A DNA stretch of 64,000 nt from Octopus bimaculoides (taxonomy: Eukaryota), in NCBI RefSeq assembly GCF_001194135.2, contig NC_068999.1, forward strand, positions 46,037,811-46,101,810, written 5' to 3'. Under the pieces are notes generated by a model. It searched no databases. It worked only from the letters and a program-made list of their open reading frames with translations, and had not been told where the DNA came from. How positions within the stretch are numbered: the first letter of the stretch is position 1; every line of letters begins with the position of its first letter. A program made the position numbers and the translations under genes. Below, piece by piece: positions 36,789-49,698 of the stretch.

Positions 36789-36880
36789 TTGTTTCCCATC
36801 ACTGCTTGATAATCAGTGTTGGTTTGTTTATGTCCTGCAAAAGAGACTGAATAACTACCAGGTTTTGAAAAAGAACTGGA
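36592..36880 (+). mobile_element. SINE family A
   Basis: ggtgcagatgtggctgtatggtaagaagtttg...gggttcagtcccactgcatggcaccttgg...actgaaagacacc, then (TA)n and the 3' domain. Confidence 0.85.
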
Positions 36881-37455
36881 GTCAATTCATTCAGTTTGTC
36901 ATGTTTTGAATGCCTAAGCAATATATAACAAATGCTGTACATTTGTTTAAATAGTTAAACACCACCAGTCACATGGCATGCACAGGTTTTATGTGAACTT
37001 GTCCATTTTTTTCTATAATTGCAATTAAAATAAACAGGTACACACACAGTTGATTCCATTGCTACAGGATTATGGTTGATGTCGTTGCCCCTTCTCATAC
37101 GTTCTGCTACGGCAAGATAGAAATTTGCAGTTTAGGTCTATTTGATCCGTGTTCCTGCACCTGTGCTTTTGAAATAAGTAAATTACAAAACTTGACAATG
37201 GCATCACCAATAAAATTTTGGTCATTATCTTGTAGCTTATCCTTTAATTCACCCACGTGAGCTTTTGCTTTGAATGCCACAAGTCAGATTGAGACATCTC
37301 TGATCGACTTTAAGCTTATGTCACTTAGAGATTTTCCTTGCTTTGTCAATGAGGCTGTTTATATATTCTCATTTAATGTAACATTGAATGTCTCATTATT
37401 ATAAATATATTGTTATAGCCATCTTTTAATAATGTTGCTATTTTCTGTTTTACAG

Positions 37456-37574
37456 TTGAATATATATACTTGGGGTACCTTGTTTTGAAATTAACCCAAG
37501 ACTCTGAGATTAATTTACACAATTGCGGTATGTGAAAGCCTAAAAAAAGGTTTTGTGCTTCATAAACATTACAG
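37456..37574 (+). other. Candidate internal non-coding (5' UTR) exon with two possible donors
   Basis: Acceptor ctattttctgttttacAG at 37455; donors GCG|GTATGT (37528) and CAG|GTAAAT (37575); unique sequence with no convincing coding frame. Confidence 0.45.
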
Positions 37575-37859
37575 GTAAATATTGGTTTATCTTGTTTATT
37601 ACTGCTTCGTCAGTTGTTTTTTTTTTAAATATATTTGTAAATGTATGTTAAAATTCAGTTATATGTCCTTCTATAATATGAAGTTGTAACCTTGAGTATG
37701 AGCAGGAAACTTTATGGCTTTATTGCAGAGATTTATATTGCATTATAGATGCAAGCATGGCCATGTCTCTTTTCAGCTTGTTTAACTCTTTATCACCTGT
37801 CGTCTTGATAGAATTTCACACTGAAGTTAACCAGGTAGAGCTCTCTTCTGGACAGTAGG

Positions 37860-38125
37860 CTTCTCTCGCAGGGTGAAAGACATTGTATGATGCTTGTGCG
37901 CAAACAGCTGTGCTGCTTAATAGTGAGACATAAGTGCTGAATGCAGATTTGCAAAGGCTCTAGCTAGCATGCTCCATTGGACATGCAGCATCAGTGTGCA
38001 TGAAAGTCGAAGTAAGAACCATGCCATAGCTGACATTGGAGCATGGTACCGTCCTCAGACCCATCAAATCTTGTCAAACCATCCAAATTATGCCAGCATA
38101 GAAGATGAACATTAAAAGATGATGT
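37860..38125 (+). mobile_element. RTE LINE fragment (RT C-terminus joined to 3' tail)
   Basis: RRVK..LYDACAQTAVLLNSET*VLNADLQRL; ends ccatccaaattatgccagcatagaagatgaacattaaaagatgatg. Confidence 0.7.
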
Positions 38126-38145
38126 GTAGATTTATATTCTTGTAA

Positions 38146-38359
38146 CCCTTTAGCATTTAGATTAATGTGTCAAATACAATACTTATTTATTCACATTTTT
38201 TTGAATTAGTCCTGAATTGTCTTGTAGCATTGAGATTTTGATGATGTGGTTGTGTATTTTCAGGATGACATTGTAGGGTAGGTAAGAGAGAGAGATCTGT
38301 TCTGGCCAATTTCAACATAAAACAGCTAGAATATATGGGCCTGTTCGAATGCTAAATGG
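38146..38359 (-). mobile_element. piggyBac-type MITE, older copy
   Basis: ccctttagcatt ... aatgctaaatgg with decayed TTAA flanks; internal sequence is the reverse of the 42339 copy. Confidence 0.75.
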
Positions 38360-38996
38360 TTCAACTTTGATGTTGTGTTTTAGTGATTTCTGTCATCGTA
38401 GAAAATGTCATATATTTTTGTAAAGAGTTTCCCTTAGTTTTCCCCATTCTGTTAGTATGTTTTCTAGATAGGATCTTACTAACATTGAAAGACATCCAAT
38501 CTAGTTTTATCAATAACAGTCAACTTACCTTATAAAACACGGATTCATTTGACATAGTTCTTCCTGTGGCACTGCATCTACTGATGGTCTTAAGACGCTA
38601 AGGAATGAACAAGTGTATATGTCATTGTCCCCAATACAGTCATAGTCGGTAGTTGCTGATGATACAGAGTTCAAGTAGACCCACAATTAAATGCTGCTGC
38701 TGTTATAATTGTTGTTACTACTACTCATTGTAAATTGCATCCAAAAGTTCTCCCAACTGATCTGGAAAAAACAAAAAGACTGACCAATACACAACCTTTG
38801 GTTGATGACACATGCTGTCTCTTCTTCCTTCCTTTCTGAAATAACTCGTATACCTACCTGTCATATCGGTCAAACCCCACCTGGCATAACTTCCTTTACT
38901 TCAGATCTCTCATACATTCTCACCATTCATTAAGCCTCACAGTAACCACTATAAACCATTATAATCTCTCTTCCCCTTAATACTGGCCCCTTAATA

Positions 38997-39230
38997 AGGC
39001 GGCGAGCTGGCTGAAACGTTAGCGAACTGGGCGAAATGCTTAGCGGTATTTTGTCTGCCGTCACGTTCTGAGCTCAAATTCCGCCGAGGTCAACTTTCCC
39101 TTTCATCCTTTCGCGGTCGATAAATTAAGTACCAGTTACGCACTGGGGTCGATGTAATCGACTTAATCCTTTTGTCTGTCTTTGTTTGTCCCCTCTATGT
39201 TTAGCCCCTTGTGGGCAATAAATAAATAAT
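38997..39230 (+). mobile_element. Young full-length SINE family B
   Basis: ggcggcgagctggctgaaacgttagcgaactgggcgaaatgcttagcggtatt...gcggtcgataaattaagtaccagttacgcactggggtcgatg; CpGs intact. Confidence 0.9.
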
Positions 39231-40283
39231 ACTGGCTTTCTGAGTTCCTTTCTCACCATATTTTTCTTGCAAATACCTTTACCTTATGAAGACATTCAGA
39301 ACATCAACTAACTGTGTTGAGCTTAGCAGTGTTGGAAGGTAGGACCTGCAGTGGCTGTGAACATCATCTCTTTCTTCTGACCTCACTAAGTTTGAAGGAC
39401 CTGCAAGGATCATAAACATCACTGCTTGATTTCAGCCATCTGTGAAGGTCACAAACATCACCTCTTTCCTCCTGGCAACGATCATGCTCAAATGGTGCTT
39501 TTTACATGCCACCGGCATGGGACCGGTCAGGGCGGCTATAAAACCAAAAAGGTGTAAATGTGAGATTATCTGATCGTTCGATTTGAAATCTAAGCAGTTC
39601 TGTTTACATTTCAAAATCCTAAATGTACCTACATAATTGTTTATCAGCTATATTATTCTAGATTTGTTATCTCACTAGCCATGCCTCCCTTTCAATTTCA
39701 ATTATCTATTTTCAATATATTCTATTAATAAATGGCTCTCAATGAAGGTAAATGTGATATCTATGTATATTTATATTATCTCAGTATATTGTTGAAAGTG
39801 ACTGACGCAATATAAACTGTATGTAATAGTATATATTCGAATGAGAAATATTGTCAAGTAGTAGCAGTAGTAGTAGTGCTAACATTATCACTTTATTATT
39901 TGGTGAATGGACAACTTATCAAAGTCCTTTTCTTGAACTTGAATAATTATTTTTAGAGAGTCATGAAGGTTGTCAGGTCAAGTTGCAGGTTGTTGAGCAA
40001 ATTGACATATCTTCAAACCACATTTATGCTGATTTTGCTGTGACCCTCAAGAAAGCACATTGTTCTTCTTGCTTTTAGTCTGGGCCAGCTGCCGAAAGGA
40101 TTTACTTATAATTCCATTGTCAAGTGATTTGTGAAGCAGCCAGTTTTCTCAAACCCATCCTTCTTTTGCTGTTAACTGAGGGAAATGGATGGGAAACAGT
40201 GAAAAATGTTGAGAGTAGAAAAGAAAAATGCATGTTGGGATTTTATTTTAACTTGAGGTAGTATTAACTTATATAGGATGTAA

Positions 40284-40490
40284 TCATCATCATCATCATC
40301 ATCANNNNNNNNNNACATTTGTTTTCCATGCTGTCATGGGTTGGACAGTTTGACAGGAGTTGGCAAGCTGAGGAACTGTCCAGACTCCAGCTGTCTGTTG
40401 TGACATGGTTTCTACATTTGGATGCCCTTCCAAATGCCAACCACTTTACAGAGTGTGCTGGGTGCTTTTTATGTGGCACTGGCACCACTT
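40284..40490 (-). mobile_element. RTE-tail repeat (family D)
   Basis: (CAT)n, tttccatgctgtcatgggttggacagtttgac...ggatgcccttccaaatgccaaccactttacagag. Confidence 0.85.
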
Positions 40491-40961
40491 TAAAAGTTTT
40501 ACGTATATGTTGTAGGATTAAAAGTTTTATATATATATATATATATATATNNNNNNNNNNNNNNNNNNNNNNNNNNNNNNNNNNNNNNNNNNNNNNNNNN
40601 NNNNNNNNNNNNNNNNNNNNNNNNNNNNNNNNNNNNNNNNNNNNNNNNNNNNNNNNNNNNNNNNNNNNNNNNNNNNNNNNNNNNNNNNNNNNNNNNNNNN
40701 NNNNNNNNNNNNNNNNNNNNNNNNNNNNNNNNNNNNNNNNNNNNNNNNNNNNNNNNNNNNNNNNNNNNNNNNNNNNNNNNNNNNNNNNNNNNNNNNNNNN
40801 NNNNNNNNNNNNNNNNNNNNNNNNNNNNNNNNNNNNNNNNNNNNNNNNNNNNNNNNNNNNNNNNNNNNNNNNNNNNNNNNNNNNNNNNNNNNNNNNNNNN
40901 NNNNNNNNNNNNNNNNNNNNNNNNNNNNNNNNNNNNNNNNNNNNNNNNNNNNNNNNNNNNN

Positions 40962-41410
40962 AGCGGTATTTCGTCTGTCTTTACGTTCTGAGTTGAAATT
41001 CCGCCAAGGTTGACTTTGCCTTTCATCTTTTTGGGATCGATAAATTAAGTACCAGTTGCGTACTGGAGTCGATCTAATTGACTGGCCCTCCCCTCCCCAA
41101 AAATTTCGGGCCTCGTGCCTAGAGTAGAAAAGAATATTGTTTTTTGTCTCAAGATGGTGAGCTGGCAGAATCGTTGCTTTGCCAGACAAGATGCTTAGCA
41201 TCATATCATCTGTCATTACGTTCCGAGTTCAAATGCTGCCGGGGTCGACTTTGCCTTTTATGCTTTCAGGGTTGATAAAATAAGTACCAGTTGAGCACTG
41301 GGATCGATGTAATTGACTTACCCCCTCCCCTGACGTTGCTGGCCTTGTGTCAAAATTTNNNNNNNNNNCCCTGACGTTGCTGGCCTTGTGTCAAAATTTG
41401 AAACCAATGT
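40962..41410 (+). mobile_element. Two tandem SINE family B copies
   Basis: agcggtatttcgtctgtctttacgttctgag... and ggtgagctggcagaatcgttg...gttgataaaataagtaccagttgagcactggg. Confidence 0.85.
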
Positions 41411-42032
41411 TGTTTGTGTCTCACCTAAACCAGTCTGGCAATACAGTACGTGGCGTTGTAAAATATGGTATCTTGAAAACAAGAAAAGGTTACTGTCAAA
41501 AAGGACATCAGACAACAGAATTGTAGAATAGTACATTGTGAAGTCTTTGTTCAACACATCATGGAAAACTTATATTAGAATTGATATTATTTATAGTGAA
41601 CCATACCAAAAATACCAGGAACTTCCAAAGTAATTTGAATTCTGAAATATAATTGACCATCTATTGTTTTTTTTTTTCTATTTTTCTTTTTTATTTTAAC
41701 AAAGATAGTTTTAAGTATGATCCTTTGTTAGATAAAATATTGATCTTTTTCATTTCAATTTGGAAGTTGCAAAAGTTTAATTTTATTTATTGATTGTGAC
41801 GTTCCCATTTTTGACTTGTTGAATAAATTTATATTCACAAAATCGTTTGATCTTTTTGTGCTTTTAACACTTAGTAACTTCTTACAGAAATTTATATATT
41901 TAATTAAACGATGGTTTTNNNNNNNNNNNNNNNNNNNNNNNNNNNNNNNNNNNNNNNNNNNNNNNNNNNNNNNNNNNATAACAAAACAAAAGATGAGATC
42001 TATGAGTTAGCTTGTGCAATATTTCGTCTGTT

Positions 42033-42255
42033 TCATCATCATCATCATCATCATCATTTAACATCCGCTTTCCATGCTAGCATGAGTTGGACAATTTGAC
42101 CGAGGACTGGTGAACCAGATGGCTGCCAGCAGGCTCCAATCTGATCTGGCAGAGTTTCTACAGCTGGATGCCCTTCCTAATGCCAACCACTCCGAGAGTG
42201 TAGTGGGTGTTTTTACGTGCCACCGGCACAAGGGCCAATCGGGCGGTGTTGGTAA
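42033..42255 (-). mobile_element. RTE-tail repeat (family D), near consensus
   Basis: (CAT)n ttaacatccgctttccatgctagcatgagttgg...ctggatgcccttcctaatgccaaccactccgagagtgtagtggg. Confidence 0.9.
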
Positions 42256-42338
42256 ATTTCCATTTAGATCTTTTTAGAGCTGTTTATGTGCGTTCCTTCA
42301 GGTTCTAGCTTGGGCTGCTCTTGGGTAAAAATAGTTAA

Positions 42339-42554
42339 CCCTTTAGCATTTAAACCAGTCACATCAGGCAAAAATATTCCACCTGTTTTATGTTCAAATT
42401 GGCTGGATCCAGCCTCTTACACCTATCCTACAACCTCATTCTAAAAATAATCTCAACATTGAAATCTTGTTGTTAAGAGATAATTCATGATTGATTCAAA
42501 ACAATGTGAATAAATATGTATTACATTTAATAGAGTGATCTGAATGCTAAAGGG
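42339..42554 (+). mobile_element. piggyBac-type MITE
   Basis: TTAA|ccctttagcatt ... aatgctaaaggg|TGAA; perfect 12-bp TIR. Confidence 0.88.
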
Positions 42555-42649
42555 TGAAAGTAGTTTCGTTCCTTCCAGAATATGAAGAAATTATAAGAGA
42601 GTCTATAGATTTTCTTCTTATGGGTCAAGAGCAACACAAACATAAATAG

Positions 42650-42985
42650 GTGCAGGCATGGCTATGTGGTAAGAAGTTAACTTTCCAACCATGTGGTCAT
42701 TGGGTTCAGTCCCACTCTGTGGCACCTTGGGCAAGTGTTTTCTATAGCACCAGGGCAACCAATTCCTTGTGAGTGGATTTGGTGGACAGAAACTGAGAGA
42801 AGTCTATCATATGCGCAGGAGTGGCTGTGTGGTAAGTAGCTTGCTTACCAACCGCATGGTTCCGGGTTCAGTCCCATTGCGTTGCACCTTGGGCAAGTGT
42901 CTTCTAATATAGCCTTGGGCCGACCAAATCCTTGTGAGTGGATTTGGAAGACGGAAACTGAAAGAAACCTGTCGTGTATATATAT
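42650..42985 (+). mobile_element. Two head-to-tail SINE family A 5' halves
   Basis: ggtgcaggcatggctatgtggtaagaag... (older) then gcgcaggagtggctgtgtggtaagtagcttgcttaccaaccgc... (younger). Confidence 0.9.
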
Positions 42986-43243
42986 ATATATANNNNNNNN
43001 NNNNNNNNNNNNNNNNNNNNNNNNNNNNNNNNNNNNNNNNNNNNNNNNNNNNNNNNNNNNNNNNNNNNNNNNNNNNNNNNNNNNNNNNNNNNNNNNNNNN
43101 NNNNNNNNNNNNNNNNNNNNNNNNNNNNNNNNNNNNNNNNNNNNNNNNNNNNNNNNNNNNNNNNNNNNNNNNNNNNNNNNNNNNNNNNNNNNNNNNNNNN
43201 NNNNNNNNNNNNNNNNNNNNNNNNNNNNNNNNNNNNNNNNNNN

Positions 43244-43291
<48 letters not shown>

Positions 43292-43440
43292 GTGTATGTA
43301 TACACATATGTCCAGTGTAAGTGATGGACACACAAGATATAGTGGAATCATGCACTGGCTAACTGAAAAAGTAAGCTTATGTGTGACCTGCACTAGGCCA
43401 CTACTTAACCATGAGCAGACTAAGAATAGATTTTACTAAA

Positions 43441-43690
43441 TGCCTGGATGGCTCACAAAAAGTAGTCAATGGCTTTTGTTACCTTGGAGATGTAATTAGC
43501 AGAGGTGGTGGTGCTGAAAGTATAGTAGTCAGGCTATGAGCAAGCTGGAAAAAGGTTCAGGGAGCTTCTACTGCTGGTGGCAACAAAGGTCCTTTCTCTC
43601 AGAGTGAAGACAAATTGTATGATGCTTGTGTTAGAATGTGAAGCTGCATTGTAGTGAGAGACATGGGTCTTGAATGTTTAGGACCTTGGG
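43441..43690 (+). pseudogene. RTE LINE reverse transcriptase fragment
   Basis: VVNGFCYLGDVISRGGGAESIVVRL*ASWKK / FRELLLLVATKVLSLRVK / KLYDACVR, typical of the RTE-clade RT C-terminus; contains frameshifts and stops. Confidence 0.85.
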
Positions 43691-43964
43691 AAGGTTTTTA
43701 CTTCCACACCTGGAATTTGTTCTCTTATTCAGTAGTATAATGTCATCAGTATAGAGAATTTCTTTCAGGCAAACTTTTACTCTCTCTCTCTCTCTCTCTC
43801 TCTCAAACGCACAAACACACACACACACACACACAGGTGTGTGTGTGGGTATTTTGTTGATTTTATACATTTATATTTAGAACTATTGTTAAAACTCTCA
43901 TCACTAACATTTTTGACTTTTGTATTTATGTAAATATAATTCTCTCCTCTCACTCTCAATCCAT

Positions 43965-44063
<99 letters not shown>

Positions 44064-44146
44064 GTATATATATATATAGTTAAAAAAAACAAAAAAACGA
44101 GGACGTGATACGGATAGTGTTATTGGACGCTCGGGAAAGGAAGGAG

Positions 44147-44181
<35 letters not shown>

Positions 44182-45602
44182 GTTTTATTATTTTGGTTGA
44201 ATTATTGCTGAGGAGAGCATAGTTCAAACAATATATAATCAAGTACATTTCTGTTTCCTTTTCAGTGTAGGAATCGAATTACTTGGAAAGATATTATTTT
44301 TAATGTTACAAGTGTTCACGTTTCAATTTCACAAACATTACAAATTGAAAATGTATATATATTTGTGAAATACATTTGCTTTGAATTTTCTTCAGAAAGA
44401 GGTCTATGTCTGTGATGGTTAGTTGGGGTGGGGGCGCTAGGAATGTGGCCTGGGTGTCAAAGGGGCAGCAGCCTGAAACAGTTTTGGAACCACTGATCTG
44501 GAGTTTTGCAGAATCTCAAGAGTTCATTCAAATTAGCTGTAGAAGAGATAGGTCATGAAAGCAACTTAGTGAAGTACTTATAAATTAGGCCTCTTGAATG
44601 AACAGAAAGGTTGAAGAAGCACTTATGTATATATCACTTGTTCAGTGTACATGTGTCACTTTTACAAAATCTGTGTATGGTACCACTAAATGCAGTACCA
44701 CCGATGTCTTGGTGTTTAAATTATCCTCTTGTTCGAGAGTTTTCTTTCTTTTTTTTTTTATATATATATATATATTCAAGGCTCCTCTGTAGTTTGATTT
44801 AAAACCACATCATGGAAACTAAGATTATTCTAGATCNNNNNNNNNNGGTGGGGTGGGGTGGGGGGGTTGCAAAGTAGTTAGTATTGATCCCTGGTTGGGT
44901 GGAGTCTGTGTGGCTCTCCAAGGGCTCAATAAACACCTGAAACAATTTTGAGCATTCACTTTTAATGGAGGAGAGAAACGGAATGAACCTGAAAGAGCAC
45001 AATAATTTAATTTCCAACCAAATATTAATGAAATAATAACTCGCATTCACCAAAGGCATATTTCACATGAAATATTCCATCCGTATCAAAATATAATCCG
45101 ACTAAATTTGTATTGTTCTTAATCGTTGAGTATTTTCATAAAATTTCATTAGAAATTACTGAAAAGCATTATTGACATAAAAGGAAAAACAAAGGAATTA
45201 TTATTGTCTGATCAAGAAATTTTTTTTTTACGAATCATACTTTCTGATTTTAGAAATTTACTTCATGGAGGTCATTTAGTTATCAATGGTTCTTGAAGGG
45301 GCCAGTGACATAAAGAGTTTGCTGACCTCTGCTCCAGAGCCTGCTCTGACCAGTTACCTAACCCTAACCTCTTCAAAGCTCAGATAAGACCCACTCTGAC
45401 ATACCACTCACATCTATGAGATGGTGCTATACACAGAGAAAAGCATCCTAGACTAGTGATGGGGAATCATTTTAGTCTAGCTGCATGTTATTTATTTATC
45501 TTTTACTGATCTTGTCATGTGTTTTAGTTTTACTTAAAAATTTCTGGATAAGGTTTTTTTTATAATATAATATTGGAGATAGATTTTTTTCCCTCCAAAG
45601 TT

Positions 45603-46641
45603 CATCATGTGTTACTTAAAAAAAAAAAAGACAACCTTCAGTATGTCACAGGTTTGCCATCATTGTTGTTGACCAATTTATGAGGAAGTCCTTTAGTGAT
45701 TTTCAAGGATTCTTTCATCAGCAGCCTTCAAACATTAAACTCACATACATGATGTTTCCTCTCTCTTATTCTGTTATTGTTCCTACCATGGCTTCTGCTC
45801 TTATCCTTAACATTTATATACCTTTTGTTGCTTATACTGGGGGGTTCCATCTCCAGGAGCATGTACTGAGCACTTTGTGCAACCCTTTGTCTGGAATCCA
45901 TTTCTATCCATATTGGATCGACTGATGATGACTGTTATTTTCTTCATGGAAGTGGAACAATGGTCTCAGGTGGGTTGATATCAAAAGCGCTTAACATATA
46001 ATTTGTCATGGTTTGATTTAATGATAATGTAGCTAATTGTTTCACGGCTGCTCGGCTAATGGAAGAGACATTTAGCTGCGATTCATTTATTGTAGAAAAA
46101 ACAGTGAGTTGCAGAAATAATAGTTTTACTCTAAGTAATTACCCAAACTGACATGTTTTGGAATAAAATTACTTTAGTCTGAAACAATTTTAGTCTATTT
46201 CAAAACAAAAGTTACAACAGACACAATTATTAAGCAAAATAAGCATAAAATAAATAAATCCATCAACAAACACTAAATGTTGTGAAGATAACTCTAAGAC
46301 TATCATTATTTGATAGCGTTACAGCCATCCTTATCTATCCAATATGGATAGAAATGGATTCCAGACAAAGGGTTGCACAAAGTGCCCAGTACATGTTCTT
46401 GGAGATGGAACCCCCCCAGTATAAGCAACAAAAGGTATAAATGGTAAAGATAAGAGCAGAAGCCATGGTAGGAGCAATAAGAGAATGAGAGAGATGAAAC
46501 ATCATGTATGTGAGTTTAATGTTTGAAGGTTATTGATGAAAGAATCCTTGTAAATGGTTTCCTCTTAAATTGGTCTAAAACAATGATGGCAAACCTGTGA
46601 CATACTGAAGGGTTTATTTTTTTTTTAGGTGACACATGATG
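45603..46641. repeat. Long inverted repeat: arms 45603-45918 and 46337-46641, 418-bp spacer
   Basis: The arms align along their whole length as reverse complements (roughly 90% by eye), e.g. gcactttgtgcaaccctttgtctggaatccatttctatccatattggat; no TSD seen. Confidence 0.92.
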
Positions 46642-48639
46642 CATTTTATTTGCAGAGAGCAGTATACCGTATGTGTTATGTTTAATATTGATGAATAATT
46701 GGAGTGATTACAACTGCAGTGTGATTACTGTAGTTAGTAACTGAAGAACCAAAGAATGCTACAGTGTTGTTGGCCACCATTCCCTGGTAGCATCAGTGCA
46801 TTGCAGCATCATTTGGAGGAGCAATATTATCAGAAAGTACCGGTTTTTAACTCTTACTGTCTTTCTTTCTTAGGGTAAACAGTTGTATACTGAGGGTACT
46901 GCTGTACTCCATCCCTGAATTTAGAGGCCTTTGTCTCATCAGTTGGAGAAGCAGTTCTGTTGGTGTTTTGAGCCCCTTCTACTGCAACACCAGAACTGCA
47001 CAGGGCCACCCAGATCTGGTCTTATGCAATATGCAAACATTGATGTATGGTTGGAGTTGTTGCAACTGTAGTGTGGTTACTTCACTGACGAAAGAGGGAC
47101 AAAAAGACTGCTTCAGTGCTGTAGCCTTCTTTTGTCCCCCTGTTTTCAGTTGGTAACAAAACTCTCACAACAGCACAAACTTTGCAACCTCTGGACCAGA
47201 TGTTTCTATTATCCTCCGCTTATATCATACTGCATCATTCATCCTAAATAAATTCTTGCACACAGCTGATGAAGCTTATGTCCCACGGTGAAAACTGTAA
47301 CTAAAATATATATTCAAGTCAGTCAGTGGTTCTTTGCAGAATAAGATTTTGTCAACATTGCTCCAATATCTGTTTCAAATAAGAATAAAATTTAAATACA
47401 AACATATAAAGACGCAACAACATACCAATTATAACTCAAATTGAGAACCCCACTACCACAAAGAAAAAAAAAAAAAACGAAATTTTTAAAATTAGAAATA
47501 GCCAAGCCATGATTTCTGAAATATTTTTTCCTTCCTCTCACCAATTTTGGTTAGAGGTCAGAAATGATTTTACTTGAAAGCGAAAATATGTTTATATGTA
47601 AACTGAATTTTATTGAAATACATTATGCCATGAACTCAAAGGTTTACAAATAGTTTATAGGAAGAAACTCTATCTCTATTAAATGCTGTTTGTTACTCTC
47701 TCCCTCTCTCTCTTTCTCTCTTTCTCTCCTAACTTATTCAAAAGTACAGAGCCTGTGACCTTTGTATGTCACCTCAGATTAGTGAGGTCAAATGGATGAG
47801 TTTCTGCTTGTGCTCCTTGAAGTACTTGTAATTTCATTGAGTAAAATATACAAATAATTTAACCCCAGGTCTGCTGTGATTATGAAAATCACAACCCCGC
47901 TCTTTTTTTTACTCATACTCTGTATAACCTGCACTACACTATCTAATATGTCCCCCCACTTTTTGATCGGTTTAATACTGAAACCTACTTAGGTAGGCTT
48001 CTATCAGAGCTGGTTGGACTTCATGTCTGTTTCTACCTCTTTTTTTTTAGTTGAAGGATTAATAAGGATTTTATTAATTTGTGAAGATTACCTTAATACT
48101 TATTGACATTTCATGTTATGTTATCTCTCAGAACTTCAACTGTCCATGTTGGCTATTTAGTTTTTGCAGTGGTATTTAGTGAAAAATATCTTACAATGAA
48201 TGGCATGGTGGCTGTGTGGTTAAGCAGTTTGCTTCACAATCAGGTGGTTCCATGTTCAATCCCACTTGTCTTCTATAGCTTTGCCATAACCAGTGCCTCC
48301 TGAGTGAACTTTGGTAGACGAATAATATTTTTTTTTGTGCTTGTAAACTAGTCTGTCAAACCCAAACATCTTTGTGTTGTTTGTGTGTTGAGTTACATCT
48401 CTTTACACTAAAGGTGGACTTAGTCATTAGATAAAGAAAAATTTCTCAAGTAAGTACTAGTATTGACTAAAATCCTTGAATGCAGTGCTCCGGTATAGGC
48501 ACGCCTGAAAGACTGAAAGCAAGTAAAATGAAAATAAATTGGAAAAAATAATACAATCTGTCTATGTACTCTGTTTTTATTTCTGTAGAATGTCTGTCTG
48601 TTCTCCATTGGCTTTTGGTAAATAGCCAAACAAAAAAAA

Positions 48640-48945
48640 AAAAACTGGCATTCCGTCTGTTATGATGATGAGCATTCCAATTGATCCAATTAGCATATAA
48701 GTGGCTAAGCACTCCACAGACATGCATACCCTTAATACAGTTCCTGGAGATTCAGCATGACACAGGAGTGTGACAAGGCTGGCCCCTATTGAATTACAGG
48801 TACAACTCATTTTTGCCAGCTGAGTGGACTGGAGCGATGTGAAATAAAGTGTCTTGCTCAAGCATACAACATTCTGCCGGGAATAAAATTCATGACCTCA
48901 CAATCATGAGCCAAATCCCTTAACACAACTAAGTGACATGCCTTC
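48640..48945 (-). mobile_element. SINE family C (CORE-like)
   Basis: caactcatttttgccagctgagtggactggagcgatgtgaaataaagtgtcttgctcaag...gccgggaataaaattcatgacc. Confidence 0.8.
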
Positions 48946-49467
48946 ATGGCCAAACATAATTGTTAAAATCAAAGTTGTACTTCAAAGGACAAAAAAAAAA
49001 AATCTCTCAAAGACTCCTACCATCTGCACATTTCTAATTTGCATTTCAAGAACAGCTTTCATCTTACTTGTTTGCCCAGGCCTTTGCACTTATGTATAGG
49101 TTAATGACTGGTCAGCCCTGACAACTCTTGTCACACTCTCTATATTGGCAATGTCTTTTTCTGCCGACATTAGTTGGATGTGGCTTTTTTTGTTTCGTTT
49201 TTGTTTTTCTTTTCTGAAGCCGTGTTTTACTGTCAGTTGTTATTCCTGTTGTTAACAACTTTAGTCACATTATACAACATGTGATATATAGTGTGTCTAT
49301 TCTAAAATTGGGATGCATGTGTGTTTGTGTGTCTGTCTAGCAGCACATGATGCAGACAGGAAAAATAGAACTCAAAATATGAGTATAGCCGTACCTTGGT
49401 TTTTGAACACCTGATCACGAATAAATTGTGCTTTATATATATATACACACACATATATAATAAATAA

Positions 49468-49523
<56 letters not shown>

Positions 49524-49559
49524 TTATTAATATTTCTAAGTCTCTCTAAAGGAGACTAC

Positions 49560-49698
49560 GGCAGCGGTACTGGAAATTAATAGTTATCGCCAAGCCAACA
49601 TGGCAGTCCCAAAATTAGGACGAAAGCTGCCGTGAGTTAGCTCCAAGAAGCCATCGCCTCTAGCTAGCTATGTGACACTCGAAACCTGTGTCCTTTAT
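49560..49698 (+). mobile_element. One arm of a MITE related to 31652-32080, truncated by a gap
   Basis: gccaacatggcagtccc...ttaggacgaaag...ttagctccaagaagccatcgcctctagctagctatg...ctgtgtcctttat. Confidence 0.6.

Noticed and set aside
37100-37350. Minus-strand stretch translating as LVAFKAKAHVGELKDKLQDNDQNFIGDAIVKFCNLLISK
   Set aside because: Bounded by stops, with no start or splice signals and no motif recognised
41320-41400. Direct repeat cctgacgttgctggccttgtgtcaaaattt on both sides of a 10-N gap
   Set aside because: Typical unmerged contig-overlap artefact
44440-45340. Two hAT-like 3' ends (ggaaccactg|atctggag and gctgacctctg|ctccagag)
   Set aside because: Matching 5' ends and TSDs were not found; fragments too short to support
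45690-45725. Minus-strand CTGATGA-AAG(aatc)CTT-GAAA hammerhead-like core in the long inverted repeat
   Set aside because: No stem I/III partner or UH site can be formed, and the sister arm lacks the motif
47260-47305. ctgatgaagc...gtgaaaactgt, a Penelope-type terminal motif
   Set aside because: Stem II is very weak and there is no cleavage-site geometry; too degenerate to call
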